A DNA stretch of 64,000 nucleotides, from the NCBI GenBank assembly GCA_965221695.1, contig OZ244905.1, positions 3,456,001 through 3,520,000 of the forward strand. The letters are read 5' to 3'. Shown here in pieces: positions 1 to 8,861 of the stretch (positions within the stretch are counted from its first letter, which is position 1; the number at the start of each line of letters is the position of its first letter). The notes beneath the pieces are model-generated. The model did not search any database and was not told the DNA's origin. It saw only the letters and a program-made list of their open reading frames with translations. Position numbers and translations under genes: made by a program. The stretch comes from Gammaproteobacteria bacterium. GTDB lineage: Bacteria; Pseudomonadota; Gammaproteobacteria; Eutrophobiales; Eutrophobiaceae.

Positions 1-268
1 TGCGGCTGATCTTGAGCTGTCCCGGTTCCAGCACACAGCGCGGGTCCGGCGACCACCACAGAATCGGTTGCCCCTGGCTGTACCAGGGAAAAATACCGCG
101 CCGGTAGGCATTCAGCAACGTATCGGGTTCCAGGTTGCCGCCGATAGCCAGCAGCCCGTCCGGTTGGCGCAGGGCTTTTGTGACGTCAGGCAGGTTTGCG
201 ACGATACGATTGTCCGCGACCCAGAAGAATTGCCCGCCTGCTATCTGACCGGTACCCGCTTGCGCCAT
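1..268 (-). CDS. aat: Leucyl/phenylalanyl-tRNA--protein transferase (5' part; runs off the window)
   Basis: Not in the ORF track. Manual translation from ATG at 268 gives ...[45 protein letters not shown]..., the hallmark Aat N-terminal motifs. Confidence 0.93.
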   Translation of the reverse strand, partial: MAQAGTGQIAGGQFFWVADNRIVANLPDVTKALRQPDGLLAIGGNLEPDTLLNAYRRGIFPWYSQGQPILWWSPDPRCVLEPGQLKISR

Positions 269-286
269 GTTTTATCCGGGTTAACG

Positions 287-1261
287 CTAACCGCCAAAAA
301 AATCCAGCAACAGGCGGTTTACCGTAGCAGGTTGTTCCAGCATGAACCAATGCCCGGCGTCCTCTATGCGTTCATAGCGCCAGGGTCCCGACACGTTGAT
401 ACGCGACTCCTGCATCTGTTTTTCCTTCAGGAACGGGTCGGCGCTGCTCCAGATGCCCATTACCGGCATGTCTACCAGGGGATAGTTGAGGCCGGTATGC
501 AGCCCGCCCCAGCCCCGGGTGTTGGCGCGGTACCAGTTCAACGCCGCAGTCAGCGCGCCGGGACGTGACAGGTCCCGGATAAAATGATCCTGGTCGCCGC
601 TGTCGCGGGTGATACGCCTGAAGAAGTCCCAGTCGTTCGCGGTCAATGCGTTCTCCGCGATCCCGGTCTTGTTGAAGAAATCGAAATACCAGGACGCCTC
701 TCTCTGCTCAATGGTGTCCCAACCGGGATTGCCCGAAGAGCCGACCGACATCACGACCAGTTGCTCGAAGCGCTCCGGTAGGGTCGCGGCCATCACCCAT
801 GCGAGCCCGGCCCCGAAGTCGTGGCCGACCAGCCTGGCCTTTTTTATCTCAAGTTGGTCCATGATGCCGATGATGTCTCCGGCAAGCAGTTCGATGCGAT
901 AATGCTCGACCCCATCGGGACGGCTGGCATGGCCGAAACCGCGTTGGTCCGGCGCGATGACCCGGTAGCCGCCATCGGCAATCGCCTGTACCTGGTAGCG
1001 CCAAACCTCGCGCGAATCCGGGAAGCCATGCAGGAACACCACGTCCGGTCCCTCTCCGTACACGGTGACCGGAAACACCAGGTCATTGACGGTCACGGTC
1101 CTGGAATGGGCTGACATGTCGAAGGGTGTTACGGTTTCCTGCTGCGCCAGGCAAGCCTGGCAACAGAGCAGGATCATGATTGTACTGAGGATGGGTTTGC
1201 CGATCTGGCGGGCGCGTGCTGGCATAGTCTGCGGATAGAAATATCTGATTCTTGCGCACAT
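287..1261 (-). CDS. Alpha/beta hydrolase, epoxide hydrolase-like, probably exported (true start may be downstream, near 1222 or 1177)
   Basis: HGFP oxyanion motif, GHDFG Asp nucleophile, two cap tyrosines (SWYF, NWYR), DAGHW catalytic His; signal-peptide-like MILLCCQACLA. Confidence 0.85.
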   Translation of the reverse strand: MCARIRYFYPQTMPARARQIGKPILSTIMILLCCQACLAQQETVTPFDMSAHSRTVTVNDLVFPVTVYGEGPDVVFLHGFPDSREVWRYQVQAIADGGYRVIAPDQRGFGHASRPDGVEHYRIELLAGDIIGIMDQLEIKKARLVGHDFGAGLAWVMAATLPERFEQLVVMSVGSSGNPGWDTIEQREASWYFDFFNKTGIAENALTANDWDFFRRITRDSGDQDHFIRDLSRPGALTAALNWYRANTRGWGGLHTGLNYPLVDMPVMGIWSSADPFLKEKQMQESRINVSGPWRYERIEDAGHWFMLEQPATVNRLLLDFFGG

Positions 1262-1354
1262 GATACGTTACAATTTACCAGGCTGAAAGCGCGCACTAAT
1301 TTAGTAGTGAAAGTCAGGCAAAATAATGTATCGCCTGCGGCGATAATTTTTTCA

Positions 1355-1379
1355 CTGGATTCCCGTTTACACGGGAATG
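1355..1379 (-). repeat. REP-like palindrome ATTCCC-N8-GGGAAT
   Basis: CTGGATTCCCGTTTACACGGGAATG; related to the copies at 1409, 2966, 15260 and 41046. Confidence 0.75.
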
Positions 1380-1408
1380 GGGTGGGGGCACTTGCGTGAG
1401 CACTGCCA

Positions 1409-1441
1409 CCGTACCACTCCCACGAAAGTGGGAGTCCAGTC
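1409..1441 (+). repeat. REP-like palindrome ACTCCC-N8-GGGAGT
   Basis: CCGTACCACTCCCACGAAAGTGGGAGTCCAGTC; an inverted near-identical copy lies at 2966-2998. Confidence 0.8.
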
Positions 1442-1500
1442 AAATACTGTGCCGCCCGCAGGGCGGCCCTTTGTAAATATGAAATCTACAGGTTTATGAA

Positions 1501-2880
1501 TTGAAACATCTGGCGTACATTGCGCTTGGCGCACTGCTTGCCCTGCTCGGCAATAACTTCTTCGCCAGTTCGACTAAGCCTGATTTGCAGCGTCTTTACA
1601 TGCAAAGCATGGCCGTGAAAGACCAGCCCCCGGTCGTCTTTATCCACGGCATCCTCGGCAGTAAACTCAAACATGAGCAGACCGACGAAGAACTATGGTT
1701 CGGGCCTTTATGGAAATTGCTGTTTGATCATCATTATGACCTGGCGATGGGCATTGATCCGGTCACGTTGCAGCCGCAGCCCGGCGCGCTAAAGGCGTTT
1801 GCGATTGCAGACAATACGGCCGGCAAGGACTACTACGGGAACGTGCTGCGCACCCTGGAGGAAGTGGGCAACTATCAGAAGGCGATGCCCGGCCAGGAAA
1901 TCCGCGCGCAGACAAAGTATTACTATGAGTTTTACTACGATTGGCGACTGGACAACGCAGTAAACGCGGCGCGCCTCGCGGATTTTATTGATCGCATCAG
2001 GTTGGACCACGACAATCCGGACCTGAAGGTCGATATTGTCGCACACAGCATGGGTGGCCTGATTGCCCGGTACTACATACGTTACGGCCGCGCCGATGTA
2101 TTGGACAGCAACGATTTCCCGGTAAACATGTACGGCGCAGAGCGGGTCAGGCGCGTTGTTCTGCTGGGGACTCCCAGCCTGGGGTCGGTAAAAATTCTGA
2201 ACGCGTTTATCGATGGCATCCAGGTCGGCTTCAGGAAGATCAATACCGAGATCCTGGTGACCATGCCGAGCCTGTACCAGTTGTTGCCGCATCCCATCAA
2301 TACCTGGATCGTGACTGCCGAGGGCGCGCCGCTGGCGCGTGACATATTCGATGTGAACCTGTGGCGGCGTTTCAAGTGGTCGATCTTTGATGAGGATACT
2401 CGTGCTCGCATCCGCGCCCGATATGATAATACTGAGGAGGCTGAAGCCTATCTCAAGACCCTGGACGCGTATTTTGACAAATCACTGGAGCGTGCCCGGC
2501 GCTTTGTCTGGTCCTTGACCGTGCCGTTGCCAGAGGAACATCCGCGGTTGATCGTATTTGGCGGCGGTTGCGCGCTGACCCCGGCCCGGATCCTGGTTGA
2601 AGAAGTGGAGGGCATATCGGAAATCCGGATGTACCCGGACGAGGTCACGCAACCGGTTCCGGGTGTGGATTACGATATGCTGCTGTTGGAACCGGGTGAC
2701 GGCGCAGTGACCAAGGCGTCCCTGCTGGGGCGCAACACCCTGGACCCGAGCGTGCCGCGCCATGAATACAGTTTTTTCCCGTTGCACCATGCATTCCTGC
2801 TCTGCGAAAAACACGACAGTCTGACCGGCAATATCAGTTTCCGGGATAATTTACTGAATACACTGTTATCGGTGGATTGA
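1501..2880 (+). CDS. Exported lipase/acyltransferase (LCAT/PGAP1-like alpha/beta hydrolase)
   Basis: N-terminal hydrophobic signal; VVFIHGILGS, YDWR, AHSMGG nucleophile elbow, LGTP, GDGAV and C-terminal EKHDSL. Confidence 0.85.
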   Translation: MKHLAYIALGALLALLGNNFFASSTKPDLQRLYMQSMAVKDQPPVVFIHGILGSKLKHEQTDEELWFGPLWKLLFDHHYDLAMGIDPVTLQPQPGALKAFAIADNTAGKDYYGNVLRTLEEVGNYQKAMPGQEIRAQTKYYYEFYYDWRLDNAVNAARLADFIDRIRLDHDNPDLKVDIVAHSMGGLIARYYIRYGRADVLDSNDFPVNMYGAERVRRVVLLGTPSLGSVKILNAFIDGIQVGFRKINTEILVTMPSLYQLLPHPINTWIVTAEGAPLARDIFDVNLWRRFKWSIFDEDTRARIRARYDNTEEAEAYLKTLDAYFDKSLERARRFVWSLTVPLPEEHPRLIVFGGGCALTPARILVEEVEGISEIRMYPDEVTQPVPGVDYDMLLLEPGDGAVTKASLLGRNTLDPSVPRHEYSFFPLHHAFLLCEKHDSLTGNISFRDNLLNTLLSVD

Positions 2881-2928
2881 TTGTGAGCGCAATAATAATC
2901 GCATTTTTTGTTTTGTGTACTCTGACAG
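2876..2928 (+). repeat. Internal relic of the IS5-like MITE
   Basis: AATCGCATTTTTTGTTTTGTGTACTCTGACA matches the internal hairpin region of the full element at 49539-49689. Confidence 0.65.
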
Positions 2929-2965
2929 GCCTACAGCGGTTCGTCCTGCGGGCGACATAATAGTA

Positions 2966-2998
2966 GACTGGACTCCCGCTGTTGCGGGAGTGGTACGG
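2966..2998 (-). repeat. REP-like palindrome ACTCCC-N8-GGGAGT
   Basis: GACTGGACTCCCGCTGTTGCGGGAGTGGTACGG, the reverse complement of the 1409-1441 copy apart from the N8 spacer. Confidence 0.8.
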
Positions 2999-3079
2999 AG
3001 GTATAGACTGGCCTGTGCCAAAATTTAGATGCAGTCGCGACCTGCAGAGTTCTGATCATGAGGGTTTGGAATTGAGGCT

Positions 3080-4804
3080 ATGAGAATAATCGTGTCATTG
3101 AAATCAATAATTCTTGCGCTGTCGTTATTCGGCGTTGGCGTGCAGGCCGTTGCACTCACCGCTCTTCAGGATGAAGCGGCATTGCATCCGGACAATATCA
3201 TTTACCTGGAGCAGAACTGGGATGATGCCGACCGGCAGTGGTTCTACCACCTGGACCAGGGTTCCAGCCTGTTGTCCTATGACTTGTTCCTGCGCCTGGA
3301 GCGGCACGACAGTGAAGAGTTGTTGCGCGACCCGCTGAACATGATGCGCTTCGGTTTCCTGCCCGGGGTCAGGTCGCGGACAAATCCCGACGCGTTGCCC
3401 ATCGGTTTCGCCCGCAATCGGGACAATGTCGGCCTGACCTGCGCGGCCTGCCATACCCAGCATATCCGTTATAACGGCACGCTGCTGCGCATTGACGGTG
3501 GCCAGGCCATGATGGACCTGCAACTTTTTCTGGAACACCTGGAGCAGTCTCTTGCGCGCACGCTCAGCGACAATGATAAGCTGGATCGGCTGAGCCGGCG
3601 CTTCCATGACGGCGGACCCACACAGGAGGAATTCCTGGCATTGAAGAGCCTGCTGCAACAGGACTTTGCCCGCATCAGCGACACCAACCGCCGCAACCAC
3701 ACGCGCGTCCCGTATGGCTTTACGCGCCTGGATGCGTTCGGAGCGATCCTGAACAAGAGCCTGTCCCTGACCGGCGTGGAAGACAATTTCAATGAACCGG
3801 ACGCCCCCACCAGTTATCCTTACCTGTGGGATACGCCGCAGCATGATTACGTGGAGTGGAACGGTTCCCAGGCCAATTCCCATGTCGGCGCGCTGGCAAG
3901 AAATGTCGGCGAGGTGATCGGGGTTTTCGGCCGGGTGGATACCACACCGGCGACCTGGCTGGGCTTCTACGACGCCGGCTATCCCTCCACGGTGCGCGCG
4001 GACAACCTGCGCGCGGTAGAAAAAAAAGTTGCCGAATTGCATTCACCGCTGTGGCCGGCGGTCTTTCCCGCCATCGATCATGAGCAGGCAGCGCGGGGCA
4101 GGGCGCTATATGAAACCTATTGTCTCAGTTGCCACCAGGATATCGACCGGACCGATCCGGGACGCAGCATCAAGGTGCGCATGAGTAGCATAGAGAAACT
4201 GGGAACCGATCCGAAAATGGCGAAGAATGTCGTCGAAATACTTGGAAAAACCGGCATTTTCCGCGATAAACCACGCTTCTACCTAGTTGGGTCCGTGCTC
4301 GGTGAGGAGGAACCCGCGCTGTTTGTGCTGAACAACCTGATTGGCGGCGTGCTGAGGAACAACCCGTTGCAGACCTTGCTGGCAATCAGGGATGCGAAAA
4401 AACTGGGTCACCCGGATGTAATACATCCGCCGAAATACCTGGACGGGGCGCTCCTCGAAAGCGGCAAGACGGTTACCGACCGGGCGTTGCTGGCTTACAA
4501 GGCAAGACCGTTGAACGGCGTCTGGAGCAGCGCGCCCTTCCTGCATAACGGTTCGGTCGCGAATCTGTATGAACTGATGCTGCCCGCTACCGAGCGCAGC
4601 GATACGTTCTACATCGGTAGTTGGGAATATGACCCGGTAAAGGTCGGTTATGTCGACCGTCCGGCGCCCGGCGCATTCATGGTTGATACCAGCCTGCCAG
4701 GCAACAGCAATGCCGGACATGAGTACGGCGCCGGCGCTGACGGGCTGCCTATCCTGACCGATGAGGAAATATGGGCATTGGTTGAATACTTAAAAACGCT
4801 TTAA
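3080..4804 (+). CDS. Di-heme cytochrome c protein, RoxA / fatty-acid di-heme cytochrome c peroxidase-like
   Basis: Signal peptide; two CxxCH motifs (CAACH, CLSCH); YKARPLNGVWSSAPFLHNGSV MauG/RoxA-type motif; C-terminal GNSNAGHEY...LVEYLKTL. Confidence 0.85.
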   Translation: MRIIVSLKSIILALSLFGVGVQAVALTALQDEAALHPDNIIYLEQNWDDADRQWFYHLDQGSSLLSYDLFLRLERHDSEELLRDPLNMMRFGFLPGVRSRTNPDALPIGFARNRDNVGLTCAACHTQHIRYNGTLLRIDGGQAMMDLQLFLEHLEQSLARTLSDNDKLDRLSRRFHDGGPTQEEFLALKSLLQQDFARISDTNRRNHTRVPYGFTRLDAFGAILNKSLSLTGVEDNFNEPDAPTSYPYLWDTPQHDYVEWNGSQANSHVGALARNVGEVIGVFGRVDTTPATWLGFYDAGYPSTVRADNLRAVEKKVAELHSPLWPAVFPAIDHEQAARGRALYETYCLSCHQDIDRTDPGRSIKVRMSSIEKLGTDPKMAKNVVEILGKTGIFRDKPRFYLVGSVLGEEEPALFVLNNLIGGVLRNNPLQTLLAIRDAKKLGHPDVIHPPKYLDGALLESGKTVTDRALLAYKARPLNGVWSSAPFLHNGSVANLYELMLPATERSDTFYIGSWEYDPVKVGYVDRPAPGAFMVDTSLPGNSNAGHEYGAGADGLPILTDEEIWALVEYLKTL

Positions 4805-4852
4805 CCTGAACGTAGTGACGGACAAGTCCGAATAGAACCGGTCAATTACCCG

Positions 4853-6043
4853 ATGACACACAGATTTCAATTTGCCGCTGCACGCGCTTGCCGGAACTCC
4901 GGGATAACCGGGATTTGCCATGGGAACAGGTTGCCGGCCGGCTGTATGCCGGCGTTTGCCGCGCTGGTTCTGGCCGTTATTCTTGCAGGTTGCGCCGATA
5001 AGGATTTCAGCAATGAAGTACTGCGGGAGGACGAGGTGGAGCAGGGCGAGGCTGCCCGGACCAGCTTCGAACGGCTGGTGGAGGAATATCGAACCACGTA
5101 TGTCGCCCGCGGCGCCCATGCCAAGGCCCATGCCTGCGTGCGGGCTTATTTCGATGTGCTGCCGGATCTCCGCAGCGAGTTCCGTTACGGCGTGTTTGCC
5201 GAGCCAGGTAGGCGTTACCGGACCTGGGTACGGTTTTCCAACGGCCATTTCAACCTGGCGACCAGCCAGGATTACAACAACGACGCCAGGGGCATGGCGC
5301 TGAAGCTGATGGGGATTCGCGGCAAACCGCTTGAACGGGATGGCATCAACGGTTCGACACAGGACTTTCTGATGGCAAACACGCCGGTGTTTTTTGTCAG
5401 GAACATGGCGGATTACAATTCATTTATCGCCAAGCCGGAAAACCTGAGGGCTTTTTTCTTCCCTGGCTTAAATCCGTTCAAATGGCGCGTCAAGGAATTG
5501 TTCGCGGGCAAACGAGTGCTTTCCCCGCCACCTGCGAGCGTGCTTGACCCGGTGTATTTCAGCATCACGCCTTATAAACTGGGCCCGCGCAACATCAAGT
5601 TCGCAGCGAGGCCCTGCAATGCGCGCGCCGCGGACAAACCGGTCATCGATGAGCATACCGGGCCTGATTTCTTGCGTGAGCAACTGCGTGAAGAACTGGA
5701 CCACACCGCCGCCTGTTTCATCTTCCAGGTGCAGGCGCAGCCCCTGGACGCAGACGGACTGTCCCTGGATGATGCAACCCAAGCCTGGACTGAAGAAGAT
5801 GTCCCGTTTGTGCCGCTGGCGACGATCAGCATTCCGCGGCAGGATTTCTCAGGCGATCAACAGGCCCAATTCTGTGAAAACCTGTCATTCTCGCCCTGGC
5901 ATGCATTGCCGGAACATCGCCCTTTGGGACAGCTTAATCGTTTGCGCAGACATGCCTACCCTGCCTCATCCGACTATCGGCACGAACAGAACCAGGCGCA
6001 GGTACCGAACGCGCTAGCCTACTGGCGGTCCGGAAATCTATGA
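4853..6043 (+). CDS. Catalase-related heme protein, probable lipoprotein (start probably near 4946)
   Basis: RGAHAKAH distal His, VRFSNG, DARGMALK, QDFLMAN, FSPWH, RRHAY proximal Tyr; LAGC lipobox; much shorter than a true catalase. Confidence 0.85.
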   Translation: MTHRFQFAAARACRNSGITGICHGNRLPAGCMPAFAALVLAVILAGCADKDFSNEVLREDEVEQGEAARTSFERLVEEYRTTYVARGAHAKAHACVRAYFDVLPDLRSEFRYGVFAEPGRRYRTWVRFSNGHFNLATSQDYNNDARGMALKLMGIRGKPLERDGINGSTQDFLMANTPVFFVRNMADYNSFIAKPENLRAFFFPGLNPFKWRVKELFAGKRVLSPPPASVLDPVYFSITPYKLGPRNIKFAARPCNARAADKPVIDEHTGPDFLREQLREELDHTAACFIFQVQAQPLDADGLSLDDATQAWTEEDVPFVPLATISIPRQDFSGDQQAQFCENLSFSPWHALPEHRPLGQLNRLRRHAYPASSDYRHEQNQAQVPNALAYWRSGNL

Positions 6044-6167
6044 CATCTGATTAGCCCGCAGGCAAGCGGGACGCGTGCGGTCCCGGGTTGGGCCAGGATA
6101 ATTCGGCGCCGCGCTCAAATAAAACCAAAGAATGTTTGGCAGTATCAGGGTAACAGCTAACGAAGCG

Positions 6168-7322
6168 CTACTCTGATCCCGGAGATCCGGTTTTGTAGGG
6201 CAAATGCGCGCTTAAGACGTCCACGTATGAATTCAGTTGCGCGGTCTCCTGTTGCAGGTAGTCTGCCACCGCGCGTCGGAAGCCATGATGCTGTATCCAA
6301 TGCCCGGATAGCGCCAGGAATGGTTCAAAGCCACGGTTCAGCTTATGCTCGCCCTGTACGCCCGCATCGACCGAACTCAGCCGGTGTTCCAGGCAATACT
6401 CAATGGTCTGGTAGTAGCACAGTTCAAAATGCAGGTTTGCCAGGTATCTGTCGCAACCCCAATGCCTGCCATATAAGGTGGTATCGCTGAGCATCGCAAA
6501 CGCGCCGGCGACATATTCATTGCCTTGTTTCGCCAGTATCAGCAAGGTGTTGTCCGGCATTGCCGTGCTCAGGTGGTGAAAGAAGTCCAGTGTCAGGCGT
6601 GGGCTGCCCCAGCGGCGGTAGAACGTGCTGCAGTAAAACTCGTAGAATACGTCCCAATGCTCTTCGGTGATGTCCGCGCCGCGCAGGCGTGCGATATCAA
6701 GGTTTTCCTCCCGGACCGCCCTGCGTTCCCGCCTAATCTGTTTGCGCCGCTTTGATGTCAGGCTTTGCAGGAAGTCGTCGAAGTTCTCATAATCGCGGTT
6801 ATGCCAGTGGAACTGGCAGGTGTGGCGCAGTAACAGGTCGTTATCTGTCAGGATTTTCGGGTCATCTTCCTGCGTGAACAGGCAGTGGAATGAAGACAGG
6901 TGAGAGCGTTCCGCCAGTTCTGCGACGGTCTTGATGATCAAGGACTTAATCGCGCGATCTCTGCCGGCGGAATGGTTGATGAGAATGCGCGGGCCACATA
7001 CGGGAGTGAAAGGAATGGCTGATACCAGTTTCGGATAATATCTGCCGCCGGCTCTTTCAAAAGCATCGGCCCAGGCCCAGTCAAACACAAACTCGCCGTG
7101 TGAGTTGTCCCTGATATAAAGCGGCATCGCCCCCAGCAGTTTATCCGCAGACGTCGCCAGCAGGTGGCAAGGCTCCCAGCCGTGTCCTTCCAGGCACTTG
7201 AAGCGCTCCAGGCCGTTCAGGAAGTCGTATTGTAAAAACGGGTTGTTGTTGCGCTCCAGTTGATCCCATTCCGCCTTATCAACTTGGTCAAGGCTTCTGG
7301 TCTGCCTGATCGTGATTTCCAT
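6168..7322 (-). CDS. GNAT/FemAB-like protein (DUF482 family)
   Basis: SHGEFVFDWAWADA, YYPKL, IPFTP, LYGRHWG, LHFELCYYQ and GEHKL motifs. Confidence 0.9.
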   Translation of the reverse strand: MEITIRQTRSLDQVDKAEWDQLERNNNPFLQYDFLNGLERFKCLEGHGWEPCHLLATSADKLLGAMPLYIRDNSHGEFVFDWAWADAFERAGGRYYPKLVSAIPFTPVCGPRILINHSAGRDRAIKSLIIKTVAELAERSHLSSFHCLFTQEDDPKILTDNDLLLRHTCQFHWHNRDYENFDDFLQSLTSKRRKQIRRERRAVREENLDIARLRGADITEEHWDVFYEFYCSTFYRRWGSPRLTLDFFHHLSTAMPDNTLLILAKQGNEYVAGAFAMLSDTTLYGRHWGCDRYLANLHFELCYYQTIEYCLEHRLSSVDAGVQGEHKLNRGFEPFLALSGHWIQHHGFRRAVADYLQQETAQLNSYVDVLSAHLPYKTGSPGSE

Positions 7323-7388
7323 GCCTGGCTGAGAAATCCGGGCTTAACTAACCCCGGCAAACTCCGATGAATGACTGGCGCAGCCGGT

Positions 7389-7721
7389 TTATTCTCCGCC
7401 CTTGGTATACAGCGGGAATGGCATGATGTTTTTCCCTTTCTCGTCAACTTCCGTTATCCTGGCTCCACCTTGTTTATCCATTTCGTCGATGCGAATCACC
7501 GAATGCATGGGGATATAAGTGCGGGTGACATGGTTGAACTCGGATTTCAGGTTTTCCTCGGTCGGGTCGACCACCAGCGAGTTTTTCGCGCTGAATACCA
7601 GTTGCTCCATTTCCACAAAACCGAACATGGCGCCCTGATGAACGCGGCGCGCGTACATTTCATAAATCTTGCCCTGATTATGAAAGATGACTTTGTAGAT
7701 CGGCTTTTTTGACATAATCAT
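7389..7721 (-). CDS. DUF1820 family protein
   Basis: IYKVIFHNQGKIYEMYAR, VVDPTEE and RTYIPMHSVIRIDE pattern. Confidence 0.8.
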   Translation of the reverse strand: MIMSKKPIYKVIFHNQGKIYEMYARRVHQGAMFGFVEMEQLVFSAKNSLVVDPTEENLKSEFNHVTRTYIPMHSVIRIDEMDKQGGARITEVDEKGKNIMPFPLYTKGGE

Positions 7722-7770
7722 TCTACCTGAATGCGCTCGGGATGGAGTCTAACATATCTGGAAACTTCGG

Positions 7771-8760
7771 TTATTCATTATGAAACAGTCTGGCTGTGGA
7801 TGAAAAGAGTTTTTCCATCAGCGGCCTTTTGCGCAAGTAGCTCACTTCATAGATTTCAGCCGTTTCAGCCGCGGCGCTCAAGTAATCGTCACTGGTCCGC
7901 AGCGAGTCCACCAGGTTAAGTTCCAGGGCTTTCTTACCGTGCCAATGTTCCCCGGTGGCAATTTGTTCCACATCGACTTGCGGTCGGTTTTCCTGGACAA
8001 ACTGTTTGAAGAGTTCATGGGTATCTTCCAACTCCGCGCGCAGCTTTTCCCGGTCCGCTTCGGTATTCTCTCCGAACAGGGTCAGAGTGCGTTTAAATTT
8101 ACCGGCGGCAATCTGTTCGAAATCTATGTCGTGTTTTTTCAGCAGCTTGTGGAAATTGGGTATCTGTGCCAGCACCCCTATGGAACCTACAATTGCGAAC
8201 GGCGCGGCGATGATATGGTTCGCGACACAAGCCATCATATAGCCGCCGCTGGCTGCAATTTTATCTACCGCTACCGTCAGGACGATATTTTTATCCCTGA
8301 TCCGGCGCAACTGGGATGCCGCAAGCCCGTAGCCGTGTACAGTGCCGCCGCCGCTTTCCAGTATTACCAGCGCTTCATCTTCTGCCTTTGCAGTCGTCAG
8401 TATGGCAGATATCTCCTCCCTCAATGAGGCGACCTCGTCTGCCCTGATGTCCCCCTTGAAATTGATCACGAACAGTCGCTTTTTCTCGTCCGCATCCGTT
8501 TTATCCGCATTTTTCAGTTTTTCCTTGTGCGCTTTTGCGGCTTTTTTAAATTTTTCCTTGGGCAGGGTCGCGGCCTCCAACATGAGTTTCGCATGATCGA
8601 GTTTCTGGTTGATATGCTTGACTTCCAGCCGTCCTTCCTCGCCGACCCGGCCGCGCATTTTCAGCGCCGTGGCCAAAAAGACCACCGCCGCCACGCCGCC
8701 CAGCGCGGTTGTGAACTTTGCCAAAAACATTCCATATTCATAAAGAAAATCCATCCACAT
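7771..8760 (-). CDS. sohB: Protease SohB (S49)
   Basis: N-terminal YGMFLAK TM segment; LESGGGTVHGYGLAASQL, AASGGYMMAC, GSIGV, ATGEHW. Confidence 0.93.
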   Translation of the reverse strand: MWMDFLYEYGMFLAKFTTALGGVAAVVFLATALKMRGRVGEEGRLEVKHINQKLDHAKLMLEAATLPKEKFKKAAKAHKEKLKNADKTDADEKKRLFVINFKGDIRADEVASLREEISAILTTAKAEDEALVILESGGGTVHGYGLAASQLRRIRDKNIVLTVAVDKIAASGGYMMACVANHIIAAPFAIVGSIGVLAQIPNFHKLLKKHDIDFEQIAAGKFKRTLTLFGENTEADREKLRAELEDTHELFKQFVQENRPQVDVEQIATGEHWHGKKALELNLVDSLRTSDDYLSAAAETAEIYEVSYLRKRPLMEKLFSSTARLFHNE

Positions 8761-8861
8761 ATTTGCTGTGTCTCCCGGTGGGTTGCGTTAAGTCAGTGAA
8801 TTATACCTCGAATAAGGATATATTCTCCGGTTCATCACAAACAGCAAGCATCCAGCACACA

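Noticed and set aside
3080-4804. True rubber oxygenase RoxA
   Set aside because: The shared motifs are family-wide, the protein is shorter than RoxA, and neighbours point to lipid substrates.
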